A DNA stretch of 64,000 nt from Hydrurus foetidus (GCA_900617105.1 UYFQ01000001.1:3286001-3350000), one strand, 5' to 3'. Counted from the stretch's first letter, positions 29,165-39,918 are shown. Numbers and translations: made by a program. The notes: a model not told the origin generated them from the letters alone.

Positions 29165-30853
29165 ATGGCCACAGCTACCCTTGAACGCCCTTGGCTAAAA
29201 GCCTACCCTCCCGGCGTACCCGCAGATGTTGATGTGGCGCAGTACCCGTCGCTGGTGGCGCTGATGGAAGAAAGCTTCAAGAAGAACGCCAGCAAAGTGG
29301 CGTACAGCTTCATGGGCAAAGACATCAGCTTCGCCGACACCGACAGCTTGTCAGTAGCTTTTGGCGCGTACCTGCAAGGCCTGGGGTTAGCCAAAGGCGA
29401 CCGCGTGGCCATCATGATGCCCAATGTGCCGCAGTACCCGGTAGCAGTGGCAGGCATTTTGCGGGCCGGTTTTGTGGTGGTCAACGTCAACCCGCTGTAC
29501 ACCCCGCGCGAGCTGGAGCACCAGCTCAAAGATTCCGGCGCTAAAGCCATTGTCATCATTGAAAACTTCGCCAACACGCTAGAGCAATGCCTGGCGAAAA
29601 CACCCGTCAAGCATGTGGTGTTATGCGCTGTGGGCGACCGGCTGGGTTTGCTCAAAGGCGCGCTGGTGAACTATGTCATTCGCAACGTTAAAAAAGTTGT
29701 GCCGGCATTCAGCTTGCCCAACGCCGTGCGGTTCAACGACGCGTTGGCACAAGGCACACGCGCTACGCTCAAGCGCCCCGACATTAAGCCAACTGACGTG
29801 GCCGTGTTGCAGTACACCGGCGGCACCACTGGTGTTTCAAAAGGCGCGGTACTGCTGCACAGCAACGTGATCGCCAACGTGTTGCAGTCAGAAGCGTGGA
29901 ACATGCCCGCCATGGCCAGCCTGCAGGCTGGCGTGCAGCCGGTGTATGTGTGCGCGCTGCCGCTGTATCACATCTTTGCCTTCACGGTAAACATGATGCT
30001 GGGCATGCGTACTGGTGGCAAAAACATTTTGATTCCGAACCCGCGTGACATTCCGGCGGTGCTTAAAGAATTGACCAAGCACAAGGTCAACAGCTTCCCC
30101 GCAGTCAACACGCTGTTCAACGGGCTGGCTAACCACCCTGACTTCAACACCGTGGATTGGTCACAGCTCAAAATTTCACTCGGCGGCGGCATGGCCGTAA
30201 CCAGTGCGGTGGCCAAGTTGTGGCTGGAGAAAACGGGTTGTTCAATTTGCGAAGGTTATGGTTTGTCTGAGACGTCACCCTCAGCAAGCTGCAACCCCAC
30301 CAATAGCAAAGCGTTTACCGGCACGATTGGCGTGCCGATTCCGGGTACGTGGTTCAAGTTGCTTGATGATGACGGCAACGAGGTCAAGCAGGGCGAGCCT
30401 GGCGAAATCGCCATCAAAGGCCCGCAAGTCATGGCTGGGTACTGGCAGCGGCCCGATGAAACCGCCAACGTGATGACCGCTGACGGTTACTTTAAATCGG
30501 GCGACGTCGGCATACTGGACGACCAAGGGTTTTACAAAATTGTTGACCGTAAAAAAGACATGATTTTGGTCAGCGGTTTTAACGTCTACCCGAACGAGAT
30601 TGAAGACGTTGTCGGCAAGCTTGAAGGTGTGATGGAGTGTGCCTGCGTGGGCGTGGCAGACGAAAAATCGGGTGAGGCCGTGAAGCTGGTGATCGTCAAG
30701 AAAACCGAAGCGCTGACTGAAGCGCACGTGCGTGCTTTTTGCAAAGAAAACCTGACCGGTTACAAACAGCCGAAGGTGGTGGAGTTTCGCGCCGAGCTGC
30801 CAAAAACGCCAGTCGGCAAAATTTTGCGCCGCGAGTTGCGCGACAAAAAATAA
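29165..30853 (+). CDS. fadD: Long-chain fatty acid-CoA ligase
   Basis: YTGGTTGVSKG, EGYGLSE, DRKKDMILVSGFNVYPNE. Confidence 0.93.
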   Translation: MATATLERPWLKAYPPGVPADVDVAQYPSLVALMEESFKKNASKVAYSFMGKDISFADTDSLSVAFGAYLQGLGLAKGDRVAIMMPNVPQYPVAVAGILRAGFVVVNVNPLYTPRELEHQLKDSGAKAIVIIENFANTLEQCLAKTPVKHVVLCAVGDRLGLLKGALVNYVIRNVKKVVPAFSLPNAVRFNDALAQGTRATLKRPDIKPTDVAVLQYTGGTTGVSKGAVLLHSNVIANVLQSEAWNMPAMASLQAGVQPVYVCALPLYHIFAFTVNMMLGMRTGGKNILIPNPRDIPAVLKELTKHKVNSFPAVNTLFNGLANHPDFNTVDWSQLKISLGGGMAVTSAVAKLWLEKTGCSICEGYGLSETSPSASCNPTNSKAFTGTIGVPIPGTWFKLLDDDGNEVKQGEPGEIAIKGPQVMAGYWQRPDETANVMTADGYFKSGDVGILDDQGFYKIVDRKKDMILVSGFNVYPNEIEDVVGKLEGVMECACVGVADEKSGEAVKLVIVKKTEALTEAHVRAFCKENLTGYKQPKVVEFRAELPKTPVGKILRRELRDKK

Positions 30854-30869
30854 AGCCCCTCATGCATCG

Positions 30870-30895
30870 AAAAGGCAGCGCAGGCTGCTTTTTTT
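30870..30895 (+). terminator. Intrinsic terminator
   Basis: aaaaggcagc-gcag-gctgcttttttt. Confidence 0.8.
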
Positions 30896-30912
30896 ATGGG
30901 CAAAATAACTGA

Positions 30913-31665
30913 ATGAAAAATACAGCGGCCCCTATTGCCATTTTGAGCGCGCTGCTTGAAGAACAGCGGGGCCTGATCGATCAGCTGCGCAACCCAAAAA
31001 AAGTTACCCACGCCAACCGCGATTTTTGGCTGGGCGAATGGCATGGCCACGCTGTTGTGCTGGCGTTGTCAAAAATTGGAAAAGTGGCCGCAGCCACCAC
31101 GGCTACTACGCTGATAGAGCGCTTCGGGGCCAATCGAATCGTGTTTACCGGCGTTGCGGGTGGGCTGGCGCCCGGCGTGAAGGTGGGCGACGTAGTGGTG
31201 GGGCAAAGCTTTATGCAGCACGACATGGACGCTTCGCCGCTGTTTGCGCGCTTCGAGGTGCCGCTGCACGGCAAAACCCGATTTGATGGCGACGCAGCTT
31301 TAACAGCTGCGTTGTTCAAGGCGAGCCAGGGTGCACTCGCCAATGCGCTTGTGCGGGGCGCGTATGAAGCGGCCAGCGTGCAGCTGGGCTTGATTGCCAG
31401 TGGCGACCGCTTTGTGTCTAGCGCTGCTGAATCGCAACGTTTACGCGCCGCTCTGCTCCAAGCCGGACACGACGTGCTGGCAGTAGAAATGGAGGGCGCA
31501 GCCGTGGCGCAGGTGTGCCACGACTACGGCGTGCCGTTTGCGGCAGTACGCACCATCTCAGACCGGGCAGACGACAACGCGCACGTTGATTTCCCGAGCT
31601 TTATCGACCAGGTGGCCAGCAAATATGCATTGGCTATCATTGATGGGCTTTTTAAGACACTATAA
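30913..31665 (+). CDS. mtnN: MTA/SAH nucleosidase
   Basis: IGKVAAA, FTGVAGG, SGDRFV, EMEGAA, RTISD. Confidence 0.95.
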   Translation: MKNTAAPIAILSALLEEQRGLIDQLRNPKKVTHANRDFWLGEWHGHAVVLALSKIGKVAAATTATTLIERFGANRIVFTGVAGGLAPGVKVGDVVVGQSFMQHDMDASPLFARFEVPLHGKTRFDGDAALTAALFKASQGALANALVRGAYEAASVQLGLIASGDRFVSSAAESQRLRAALLQAGHDVLAVEMEGAAVAQVCHDYGVPFAAVRTISDRADDNAHVDFPSFIDQVASKYALAIIDGLFKTL

Positions 31666-31712
31666 AAATAGGAGCTGCTCGCTCCCGTATCTATTGGGCT
31701 AAAGCACTATTT
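31658..31712 (+). repeat. Dispersed 55-bp repeat, copy 12 (supplies the mtnN stop)
   Basis: cactataaaaataggagctgctcgctcccgtatctattgggctaaagcactattt. Confidence 0.88.
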
Positions 31713-31792
31713 AATCTTGAATTTCGACGAAAAACGTGCAATTTCGGGTGCAGCAGGTCGGCTGCTGCTGTGTTGACTGCCAAAATCAAGCG

Positions 31793-32986
31793 ATGCAATT
31801 TTTTAAAGACCTCAACCTCAGCGCGTTCACCGCAGGCTTCGTCGCCGTGTTGGTTGGCTTCACCTCATCGGTCGCCATTGTGTTTCAGGCGGCGCAGGCG
31901 TTTAACGCTACACCCGCCCAAATTGCCTCGTGGATGTTTGCGCTCGGCATCGGTATGGGGCTGTGTACCGTGCTGCCGTCGCTTTACTTTAAAAAGCCGA
32001 TCATGATTGCGTGGTCAACACCGGGCGCAGCAGTGTTGGCTACGGCTGGCGCGGCGGGCGGTTTCAGCATGGCGGATGCAGTGGGCGCGTTCTTGGTCAG
32101 TGCAGCATTAATCACGCTGTTTGGCATGACTGGGTGGTTTGAAAAAGTGATGAATCGCATTCCGGTAGCGATTGCGTCTGCGCTACTGGCGGGTGTGCTG
32201 GCACGCTTTGGCATGCAGGGTTTTGCGGCGGCACAAACGGCGCTGCCGCTGGTGCTCATCATGTTAGGGGTGTATTTGGTTGGCCGACGAATCGCGCCGC
32301 GCTATGCGGTGGTGTTCACGCTGCTGGCGGGCGTGGCTTTTGCTGCTGCGCGGGGCCAGCTCGCCTGGTCGACTGTTTCGTTAAGTTTTGCTTGGCCAGT
32401 TTTCGTCATGCCGCAGTTTTCATTCGCCGCTGTCGTCAGCCTGGCCATTCCGCTGTTTGTGGTGACCATGGCTTCGCAAAATTTACCCGGTGTTGCGGCT
32501 ATTCAAGCCACCGGCTATGGCGGCCAGATTCCGGTGTCCAGAGTCATCACCCTGACCGGAGTTGCCACGCTGGTACTGGCGCCGTTTGGTGCTTTCGCTT
32601 TGAATTTGAGCGCCATTACCGCTGCCATTGTGATGGGTAAAGAAGCCCACGCCGACCCCGACAAGCGCTACACGGCTGCGGTGTGCTGCGGTGCGATTTA
32701 CCTCGGTATTGGCGTGTGCGGCGCGGCGGTGACCAGTTTGTTGACGGCTTTCCCAAAAGAGTTGGTGGCGGCGATTGCCGGGCTGGCGCTGCTCGGCACC
32801 ATTGGCGCGGGGCTGGCTGCAGCAGTTAAAGACGAGTCACACCGAGAAGCCGCATTGATTACATTTTTAGTCACGCTGTCGGGGGTGGTGATTGCAGGCA
32901 TTGGCTCGGCCTTCTGGGGTGTGGTGGCCGGCGCGTTGGCGCTGTTTGTACAACAATACGGGCAACGCAGTCCGCACAAATCATAA
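31793..32986 (+). CDS. benE: Benzoate/H+ symporter BenE family
   Basis: AWSTPGAA, PLFVVTMASQNLPG, NLSAITAAI, GIGSAFWG; start moved to 31793. Confidence 0.9.
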   Translation: MQFFKDLNLSAFTAGFVAVLVGFTSSVAIVFQAAQAFNATPAQIASWMFALGIGMGLCTVLPSLYFKKPIMIAWSTPGAAVLATAGAAGGFSMADAVGAFLVSAALITLFGMTGWFEKVMNRIPVAIASALLAGVLARFGMQGFAAAQTALPLVLIMLGVYLVGRRIAPRYAVVFTLLAGVAFAAARGQLAWSTVSLSFAWPVFVMPQFSFAAVVSLAIPLFVVTMASQNLPGVAAIQATGYGGQIPVSRVITLTGVATLVLAPFGAFALNLSAITAAIVMGKEAHADPDKRYTAAVCCGAIYLGIGVCGAAVTSLLTAFPKELVAAIAGLALLGTIGAGLAAAVKDESHREAALITFLVTLSGVVIAGIGSAFWGVVAGALALFVQQYGQRSPHKS

Positions 32987-32994
32987 AAACCGCC

Positions 32995-33948
32995 ATGCAA
33001 ATTCTTTTCGTTGCTGACTCGCTCGAGTCATTTCAAATTTACAAAGACACAACATTCGCCATGATGCGCGAGCTGCAAAAGCGCGGCCACACGCTGGCTG
33101 CGTGCGAGACCAAGGATATTCGCTGGCAGTTGGGTGAAAGCGTGACAGGTTTTGTGCGCGACATCAAATTGACGGGGGCGCCCGATGTCTGGTTTACCGC
33201 CGAGCAATCGCACCCAAACGAGCGCCCGCAAGCGCTAAAAGATTTTGGTGCAGTCGTGATGCGCAAAGACCCACCTTTTGACAGCGAATTTTTCTACAGC
33301 ACCCACCTGCTGGAGCAAGCCGAGCGCGAGGGCGCAAAAGTTTTTAACAAGCCACGCGCTTTGCGAGACCACCCCGAAAAGCTCGCCGTCATGGAGTTTG
33401 CGCAGTTCATCGGCCCCACGCTGGTCACACGTGATGCAAGCGACATCAAGCGCTTTCATGCCCAGCACAAAGATATTATTTTGAAGCCACTCGACGGCAT
33501 GGGCGGCATGGGCATTTTCAGGGTGAAAGAAGACGGCTTGAACTTGGGCAGCATGATTGAAACACTGAACAAAGGCGGCGCGCAAAGCGTGATGGTGCAA
33601 AAGTTTTTGCCCGACATTGTCAAAGGCGACAAACGCATTTTGGTCATCGGCGGCAAGGCAGTTCCGTTCAGTTTGGCGCGTATTCCGCAGGGCACAGAAG
33701 TGCGCGGCAATTTGGCGGTGGGCGGTAAAGGGGTAGCGCAGCCCTTGTCCGCACGCGACGCTGAGATTGCTCAGGCGATTGGCCCTGTTCTGGCGGCGCG
33801 CGGCCTGCTGCTGGCGGGTATTGACGTGATTGGCGACTGCGTAACCGAGATCAACGTGACCAGCCCGACGTGCTTTCAAGAAATTTTTCAGCAAACTGGG
33901 TTTGATGTGGCCGCGATGTTTGCCGACGCGTTAGAGGCGGCATTGTAA
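32995..33948 (+). CDS. gshB: Glutathione synthetase
   Basis: MRKDPPFD, KPLDGMGG, RGNLAVGG, TEINVTSPTCF. Confidence 0.97.
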   Translation: MQILFVADSLESFQIYKDTTFAMMRELQKRGHTLAACETKDIRWQLGESVTGFVRDIKLTGAPDVWFTAEQSHPNERPQALKDFGAVVMRKDPPFDSEFFYSTHLLEQAEREGAKVFNKPRALRDHPEKLAVMEFAQFIGPTLVTRDASDIKRFHAQHKDIILKPLDGMGGMGIFRVKEDGLNLGSMIETLNKGGAQSVMVQKFLPDIVKGDKRILVIGGKAVPFSLARIPQGTEVRGNLAVGGKGVAQPLSARDAEIAQAIGPVLAARGLLLAGIDVIGDCVTEINVTSPTCFQEIFQQTGFDVAAMFADALEAAL

Positions 33949-34012
33949 AACTTCGCGTCGTTTTGTTTGTCGGCGGACAGTTGGCCGGTCACTCGATTGC
34001 TTACCTATCCGC

Positions 34013-34828
34013 TCAATGGGCTGTTAAGGCGCCGCCCACAAATACCTTCAGTTCCCCCGGCGCAAACTGTTGCCAGCGCTCGTTGCTGGTCAATGGTGCG
34101 CTGACCACCACCGCCACTTTATCGGTTGCGCGGGTATGGTCGGCAAAATTGATGCTGACGTCTACATCGCTCAAAGTGGCGTGGGCAAAAGGGTGTTTGC
34201 GTTCAACGCAATACAAACCCTGCGCGGTGGTTTGAGTGGCCGCATGCGCCCACAGCGCTTGCCCGTTGCTGAGTAAAAAGTTAAACGTACCGTGCGGCGC
34301 AATATACGCAGCAAGCTCGCGCAGCGTGATGCTCAGCTCCGCCACAGGCGGCAACCCCGCGTGCGATTTGGCCAGCTCTTGCATGACCCAGCAAAAAGCC
34401 CGCTCGCTGTCGGTGTCCCCTACCGGTTTAAAGCTGGCGTGCAGCTGCGGCGCAAAACCTTTCAAGTCGCCGTTGTGGGCAAACACCCAATAGCGGCCCC
34501 ACAGTTCCCGCACAAAAGGGTGACAGTTTTCCAGCGCTACCCGGCCTTGCGTAGCCTTGCGGATGTGCGAAATAACGTTGCGGCTTTTAATCGGGTAGCG
34601 GCTGATCAGCTCGGCCACCGGCGAGGTGCAGGCGGGCTGGTGATCCACAAAGTGGCGCAGGCCTTTGTCGCTGTCTAAATCGTTCTCCGTATTACCTTCA
34701 CCTTCAAAAAACGCGATGCCCCAGCCGTCAGCGTGGTGGTCAGTCTGGCCGCCGCGCTGGGCAAATCCCCTGAAACTGAACGTGACATCAGTCGGGGCGT
34801 TGCAGTTCATGCCCAGCAACTGACACAT
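34013..34828 (-). CDS. Class II glutamine amidotransferase (YafJ/GATase_4)
   Basis: N-terminal MCQLLG, HADGWG, NCHPF, FAHNG, TDSE. Confidence 0.92.
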   Translation of the reverse strand: MCQLLGMNCNAPTDVTFSFRGFAQRGGQTDHHADGWGIAFFEGEGNTENDLDSDKGLRHFVDHQPACTSPVAELISRYPIKSRNVISHIRKATQGRVALENCHPFVRELWGRYWVFAHNGDLKGFAPQLHASFKPVGDTDSERAFCWVMQELAKSHAGLPPVAELSITLRELAAYIAPHGTFNFLLSNGQALWAHAATQTTAQGLYCVERKHPFAHATLSDVDVSINFADHTRATDKVAVVVSAPLTSNERWQQFAPGELKVFVGGALTAH

Positions 34829-34843
34829 GCGCTGTGCCCCGCG

Positions 34844-35035
34844 CTAGCTACGCGGCTCAGACCACAGCTTGCCGCCGGTAGCCCAGTTCTCGCGTTTGAT
34901 GTCGGTGATGATGATGTCCACCAACTCTGCTGCACCGCCCAAAATTTCAACGCTGACCCGAGTGATTTCAGAGACCAGCTTTTTCTTTTGCTCGATGGTT
35001 CGGCCTTCCATCATTTCAACGTGGTACGTAGGCAT
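34844..35035 (-). CDS. 4-oxalocrotonate tautomerase family
   Basis: N-terminal Pro, GRTIEQK, NWATGG; AAGGA RBS. Confidence 0.92.
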   Translation of the reverse strand: MPTYHVEMMEGRTIEQKKKLVSEITRVSVEILGGAAELVDIIITDIKRENWATGGKLWSEPRS

Positions 35036-35087
35036 GGTGATCCTTTGGTAGATATGTAGGTGGACTAAATTTTCTCAATGCAATTTA

Positions 35088-35142
35088 AGCTATAAAGTAT
35101 ATAGCTGCTTGCGCCCGATTTTATTGGGCTACAGGCCGAATT
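35088..35142 (+). repeat. Dispersed 55-bp repeat, copy 13
   Basis: agctataaagtatatagctgcttgcgcccgattttattgggctacaggccgaatt. Confidence 0.92.
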
Positions 35143-35161
35143 GTTGCCTAAAAAAGCTTAC

Positions 35162-36148
35162 TTACTTCAGCCAGCCTCGTTTTCTGAAGTACCACATCGG
35201 CACGACGGCGCTGGCGGCCATCAGCACCAGTGCATACGGGTAGCCCAGCGCCCAGTCGAGTTCGGGCATTAATTTGAAGTTCATTCCATAAACGCTGGCA
35301 ATCAGCGTGGGCGGCAAAAGCGCTACGCTGGCCACTGAAAATATCTTGATGATTTTGTTCTGATTGATGTTGATGAAACCGACTGTGGCGTCCATCAAAA
35401 AGTTGATTTTGTCGAACAAAAAGGCCGTGTGCGAGTCCAGCGAATCAATGTCACGCAAAATTTGCCGGGCTTCTTCAAACTGCTCGCTTGACAGCATTTT
35501 GCTTCGCATCATGAAGCTGACTGCGCGGCGCGTGTCCATCATGTTGCGGCGAATCCGGCCGTTCAAGTCTTCGTGCCGCGCAATTGCGCCCAGCACTTCG
35601 CCCGCCAGCACGTCGGTTACGTCACCCGAAAGCACCTTGGCGCTGACTTTTTCGAGCTCGACATAAATGCCTTCCAGTGTGTCAGCTGAATATTCGGCGT
35701 CTGCATCAAACAATTTAAGCAGCACCTCTTTGGCGTCTTCAATCAGCCCAGGCGCGCGGCGGGCGCGCATCCTCAAAAGCCGAAACACCGGCACGTCGTC
35801 ATCGTGAATTGAAAACAGCACGCCCTTGCTTTTCAGGTCGTCGTTGACCTGGTTCAATATAAAAGCGACCCGCACTGTGCGGGGGCCGTGATCGTCGGCG
35901 ACTAAAAAGTCAGACCGGATATGCAGCTCGCCGTTGTCTTCCTCGTAAAAGCGAGCCGATTCCTCGATGTCTTCATCCATCGCGTCTTCGGGAATTGACA
36001 AGCCGTAGTACTGCTTGATCCAGCGTTTTTCTTCGAGCGTAGGCGATTCAAGGTCAACCCAGATCGGCTGAAACTTGGATAATTCTTCGAGCGACTCGAT
36101 TTCTTCTTGAAAGAGCCGCCCGTTAGCGAGCGTAAAAATATTAAGCAT
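35162..36148 (-). CDS. corA: Mg2+/Co2+ transporter
   Basis: PPTLIASVYGMNF signature, IEESARF. Confidence 0.97.
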   Translation of the reverse strand: MLNIFTLANGRLFQEEIESLEELSKFQPIWVDLESPTLEEKRWIKQYYGLSIPEDAMDEDIEESARFYEEDNGELHIRSDFLVADDHGPRTVRVAFILNQVNDDLKSKGVLFSIHDDDVPVFRLLRMRARRAPGLIEDAKEVLLKLFDADAEYSADTLEGIYVELEKVSAKVLSGDVTDVLAGEVLGAIARHEDLNGRIRRNMMDTRRAVSFMMRSKMLSSEQFEEARQILRDIDSLDSHTAFLFDKINFLMDATVGFININQNKIIKIFSVASVALLPPTLIASVYGMNFKLMPELDWALGYPYALVLMAASAVVPMWYFRKRGWLK

Positions 36149-36674
36149 GACTGACTGCCAGTGGTTTCAAGGCGCTGCTTGGTAAGCGGCTACCCCGATA
36201 AAAAGGAAATGTTGGTGAGGGTGCTATTGCTTGCAACACCCTAAGCGACGTCATTCGTCAGTCTGCGGCGTTGAAAGCTAGCTAAAAGTCGACATTTTTA
36301 TGCCAGTTTTCAAGGATTTCTCCGTTGTGAAGATTTGCCGATTATGGCATTGGGCAAGGCCCGCATAAAAGCTGCTTGCCCACCCGCCTGCGCCATGCCA
36401 AGCGGGCCCGTCAGACGGTTGCCCCGTAGTGGGTTACTCAAGGTGCGTGGCTCCCACGCCACGGCACCGGATTGGCCGCGCAATTGCACCCCGTTGCAAT
36501 TTATGCTGCGCTGCAAGATTGCTTAAATGTGGATTCGGGCGCATAGTGAAGTTGAAAGTGTTGTTTCCGTCGCCATCCGTTGCAAGTCAGTGGCATTGGG
36601 TCAAGCTGGCAGCAGATGGTTTTTTTAAAACCCGTTCCTTACCCTTATCCGGTACACAACCAAGGAGTCTTTTT

Positions 36675-37016
36675 ATGAATCTGACGATCAGCGGCCATCA
36701 TCTTGAGGTAACCCCCGCTCTGCGCGGTTACGTGACGAGCAAGCTCGACAGAATTAACCGCCACTTTGACCAAGTGGTTGACGTCAAAGTACTGCTGACG
36801 ATAGACAACATGAAAGAAAAAGATGGCCGCCAGCGAGCCGAGTGCAACGTACACGTGAAAGGCCGAGACATTTACGCCGAAAGTTCACACGCCGACCTGT
36901 ACGCGGCGGTTGACGAGCTCACTGACAAGCTCGACCGGCAAGTCGTGCGGCACAAAACCAAAACCCAAGACCATCACCATGCTGCTGCCAAGCGCAACTT
37001 TGAGTTGAATTCGTAA
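36675..37016 (+). CDS. hpf: Ribosome hibernation promoting factor (HPF/RaiA)
   Basis: [29 protein letters not shown]. Confidence 0.94.
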   Translation: MNLTISGHHLEVTPALRGYVTSKLDRINRHFDQVVDVKVLLTIDNMKEKDGRQRAECNVHVKGRDIYAESSHADLYAAVDELTDKLDRQVVRHKTKTQDHHHAAAKRNFELNS

Positions 37017-37043
37017 CAGCTGGCCTGCACGCAGACGCAACGG

Positions 37044-37069
37044 GCCGCCACTTAGTTGGCGGCTTTTTT
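37044..37069 (+). terminator. Intrinsic terminator
   Basis: gccgcca-cttagt-tggcggc-tttttt. Confidence 0.8.
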
Positions 37070-37141
37070 ACGCCCGGCTGGCGTTGCGCTGGTGTTGTAG
37101 CCGCTCAAAGTGCATAATTTAGCGACCCCTTAAAAAGCGCT

Positions 37142-37615
37142 ATGAACCGTTTATCGCAAATACTGCCCCCGACCCAAGTGCTGGTCAGCGTTGACGCCAC
37201 CAGCAAAAAGCGTGCTTTTGAAGCCGCAGGCCTCTTGTTTGAAAATCAGCAGGGGTTAAACCGTGCGCTGATCACCGACAGTTTGTTTGCGCGCGAGCGA
37301 TTAGGCTCAACCGGCTTGGGCCACGGCGTGGCCATTCCGCATGGGCGGATTAAAGGCCTGAAAGCGCCGATGGCGGCGGTGTTTCAGCTGGCCGCGCCAA
37401 TTGGGTTTGACGCGCCCGACGAGCAAGCCGTGGCGCTGCTTATCTTTTTGCTGGTGCCAGAAGCCGCCACGCAAAAACACCTCGAAATTTTGTCGGAAAT
37501 TGCCGAGCTGCTGGGCGACAGCGAACTGCGTGAGCGGCTCAAATCGTCAACTGACGCCGAGCAACTGCATTTGCTGATTGCGTCGTGGCGCTCGGCTCAG
37601 GCGGTCAGCTCTTGA
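37142..37615 (+). CDS. ptsN: PTS EIIA-Ntr
   Basis: RERLGSTGLGHGVAIPHGR. Confidence 0.94.
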   Translation: MNRLSQILPPTQVLVSVDATSKKRAFEAAGLLFENQQGLNRALITDSLFARERLGSTGLGHGVAIPHGRIKGLKAPMAAVFQLAAPIGFDAPDEQAVALLIFLLVPEAATQKHLEILSEIAELLGDSELRERLKSSTDAEQLHLLIASWRSAQAVSS

Positions 37616-37660
37616 GTTTGTCAGGCATGTCGATGCGGCACTGCGCATGAGGCCAGTTGC

Positions 37661-38617
37661 ATGAAACCGACCGCCATCAGTGCTGATGTGCTGTTTGAAG
37701 ACCACCGCGCCAGCCTGAAATGGGAATGGATTTCTGGCTTGGGTGCGTCTGAGCGGCGCTTTGATGAAGTCGCAGTTCGGGCAGCGCGCTCGGGCGCAGA
37801 TTTGGTCGGCTACCTCAACTACATTCACCCGTACCGGGTTCAAATTTTGGGCGAACGCGAAGTCGCTTATTTGATTAAAGACGGCCTTGAAGCCTGCGCC
37901 AGGCGGGTGTCAAGAATGATCAAGCTCGAGCCCCCGGTGCTGGTGGTAGCCGACGGGCAAACCGCGCCAGACACACTGTTGTCGATGTGCGAGCGCGCGC
38001 AACTGCCGATGTTTTCCACACCGGAATCAGCAGCATTTGTGATTGACGTGCTGCGCGCTTATTTGTCCAAGCACTTTGCCGACCGTTTGTCGATGCACGG
38101 CGTTTTCATGGACATCTTGGGTTTGGGTGTAATGATTACCGGCGAGTCGGGCTTGGGCAAAAGCGAGTTGGGTCTGGAGCTGATTTCACGCGGTCACGGC
38201 TTGGTGGCCGACGATGCGGTCGACCTGTACCGGATTAACCAAACTACGCTCGAAGGGCGCTGCCCTGAGTTGCTGCGCAATTTGCTGGAGGTACGCGGCA
38301 TTGGCCTGCTAGACGTCAAAGCGATTTTTGGCGAGACCGCCGTGCGGCGCAAAATGCGCTTGAAAATGATCGTGCATTTGGTGCGCCGCGAAACACTGGA
38401 GCGCGAATACGAGCGAATTCCGTACGAGCCGTTGAACCAGGAAGTGCTGGGTATTCCGGTGCGCAAGGTCATTATTCAAGTCGAGGCGGGCCGCAACATC
38501 GCCGTGCTGGTCGAAGCCGCTGTGCGCAATGCTATTTTGCAGCTGCGCGGCATCAATACCTACGAAGAGTTTGTTGAGCGCCACCGCAAGGCCATGGCGC
38601 AAGACGAGGCCAACTAG
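37661..38617 (+). CDS. hprK: HPr kinase/phosphorylase
   Basis: [30 protein letters not shown]. Confidence 0.96.
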   Translation: MKPTAISADVLFEDHRASLKWEWISGLGASERRFDEVAVRAARSGADLVGYLNYIHPYRVQILGEREVAYLIKDGLEACARRVSRMIKLEPPVLVVADGQTAPDTLLSMCERAQLPMFSTPESAAFVIDVLRAYLSKHFADRLSMHGVFMDILGLGVMITGESGLGKSELGLELISRGHGLVADDAVDLYRINQTTLEGRCPELLRNLLEVRGIGLLDVKAIFGETAVRRKMRLKMIVHLVRRETLEREYERIPYEPLNQEVLGIPVRKVIIQVEAGRNIAVLVEAAVRNAILQLRGINTYEEFVERHRKAMAQDEAN

Positions 38618-38627
38618 ACGCCCATAT

Positions 38628-38682
38628 TGCTATTTATTAAGTAGCTGCTCGAACCCGTATTAATTGGGCTGCAGCTCGATTT
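38628..38682 (+). repeat. Dispersed 55-bp repeat, copy 14
   Basis: tgctatttattaagtagctgctcgaacccgtattaattgggctgcagctcgattt. Confidence 0.9.
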
Positions 38683-38748
38683 GTATCTTAATCGAGACCT
38701 TTTTAGGCCTCTTCAGGCCATTTTGATCGTCATTGGCGTTATCGACAT

Positions 38749-39189
38749 TTAACGCGCAGGTGCTGCCTGCCGATTCGGGCACTTGGGTTTGGTGCAATTG
38801 GCGTAAATCGACAGCGAATGGTCGGTGATAGTGAACCCCTTGATGGTGGCCACCGCGTGCTGGCGCTTTTCAATTTCAGCGTCATAAAACTCTTCGACTT
38901 TGCCGCAGTCAAGGCACACCAGGTGGTCATGGTGCTGGCCCTCATTTAGCTCGTATACCGCTTTGCCAGATTCAAAATTACTGCGGTTGAGCAGCCCCGC
39001 TTGCTCAAACTGGGTCAACACGCGGTAAACCGTGGCCAGGCCCACGTCCGACCGGTCGTCTAGCAGCACCCGGAAAACATCTTCTGCCGTCATGTGGCGC
39101 TGTTTGCCAGTTTGAAAAATTTCCAGAATTTTCAGGCGCGGCAGCGTTGCTTTCAGGCCGGTGCTCTTGAGTTCGCTAATGTTGCTCAT
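38749..39189 (-). CDS. fur: Ferric uptake regulator
   Basis: GLKATLPRLKILE, GLATVYRVL, HHDHLVC; start moved to 39189. Confidence 0.97.
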   Translation of the reverse strand: MSNISELKSTGLKATLPRLKILEIFQTGKQRHMTAEDVFRVLLDDRSDVGLATVYRVLTQFEQAGLLNRSNFESGKAVYELNEGQHHDHLVCLDCGKVEEFYDAEIEKRQHAVATIKGFTITDHSLSIYANCTKPKCPNRQAAPAR

Positions 39190-39334
39190 GACGTGGTTCC
39201 GTAAAAGGGTTCCGTGAAGGATTCCATAATCACCAGCTCGCCTGAGCGGCCAGCCGTTTTGCATTTTGCCGGGAGTCATCAGGCGACGCCTACCCCTGCC
39301 GCTACAATGAATCATCATATCTCTACCCCATACT

Positions 39335-39907
39335 ATGCTTGAAAAATATCGTGACAGCGTAGGGTCAGCGCTCTTGGCCTGCGCCGCTTTGGTGGCCGTC
39401 AGCACGCTGGGCGCTTGCGCTGGCACCAGCGGTGGCTCAACCAACCCGGTGAACTGGATCACGCCTTACAAAATCGACGTGATTCAGGGCAACTTTGTGT
39501 CCAAAGAGCAGGTTGAAGCACTTAAAGCTGGCATGACGCGGGGCCAGGTCAAAGACGTTTTGGGCACTCCCTTGCTGGCCAGCTTGTTTCATGCTGATCG
39601 CTGGGACTATGTGTTTACGCTCAAGCGCCAAGGCGTAGAGCCGCAGTCGTACAAATACACCACGTACTTCAAGGGCGATGTGCTGGAACGCTTTGAGGGC
39701 GACGCCATGCCGACTGAGCAAGAGTTTATTTTGGCGTTGGCCAGCGCCCGCTCGCCCCGAAAAGTGCCGGTGCTTGAAGCAACGCCAGAGCAGCTCAAAG
39801 CGGCTGAAAAGCCAGCGCCAGCAGAGGCGCCTGCGGCCGCCGCACCGCCACCAGCCGCGCCGGCTGCCGCTGTGAATTACCCGCCGCTTGAAAACCCGTC
39901 GCGCTGA
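39335..39907 (+). CDS. bamE: Outer membrane protein assembly factor BamE
   Basis: LGAC lipobox, QGN, GMT..QV...LGTP, RWDY; divergent from fur. Confidence 0.94.
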   Translation: MLEKYRDSVGSALLACAALVAVSTLGACAGTSGGSTNPVNWITPYKIDVIQGNFVSKEQVEALKAGMTRGQVKDVLGTPLLASLFHADRWDYVFTLKRQGVEPQSYKYTTYFKGDVLERFEGDAMPTEQEFILALASARSPRKVPVLEATPEQLKAAEKPAPAEAPAAAAPPPAAPAAAVNYPPLENPSR

Positions 39908-39918
39908 GCGGTGCAGTC

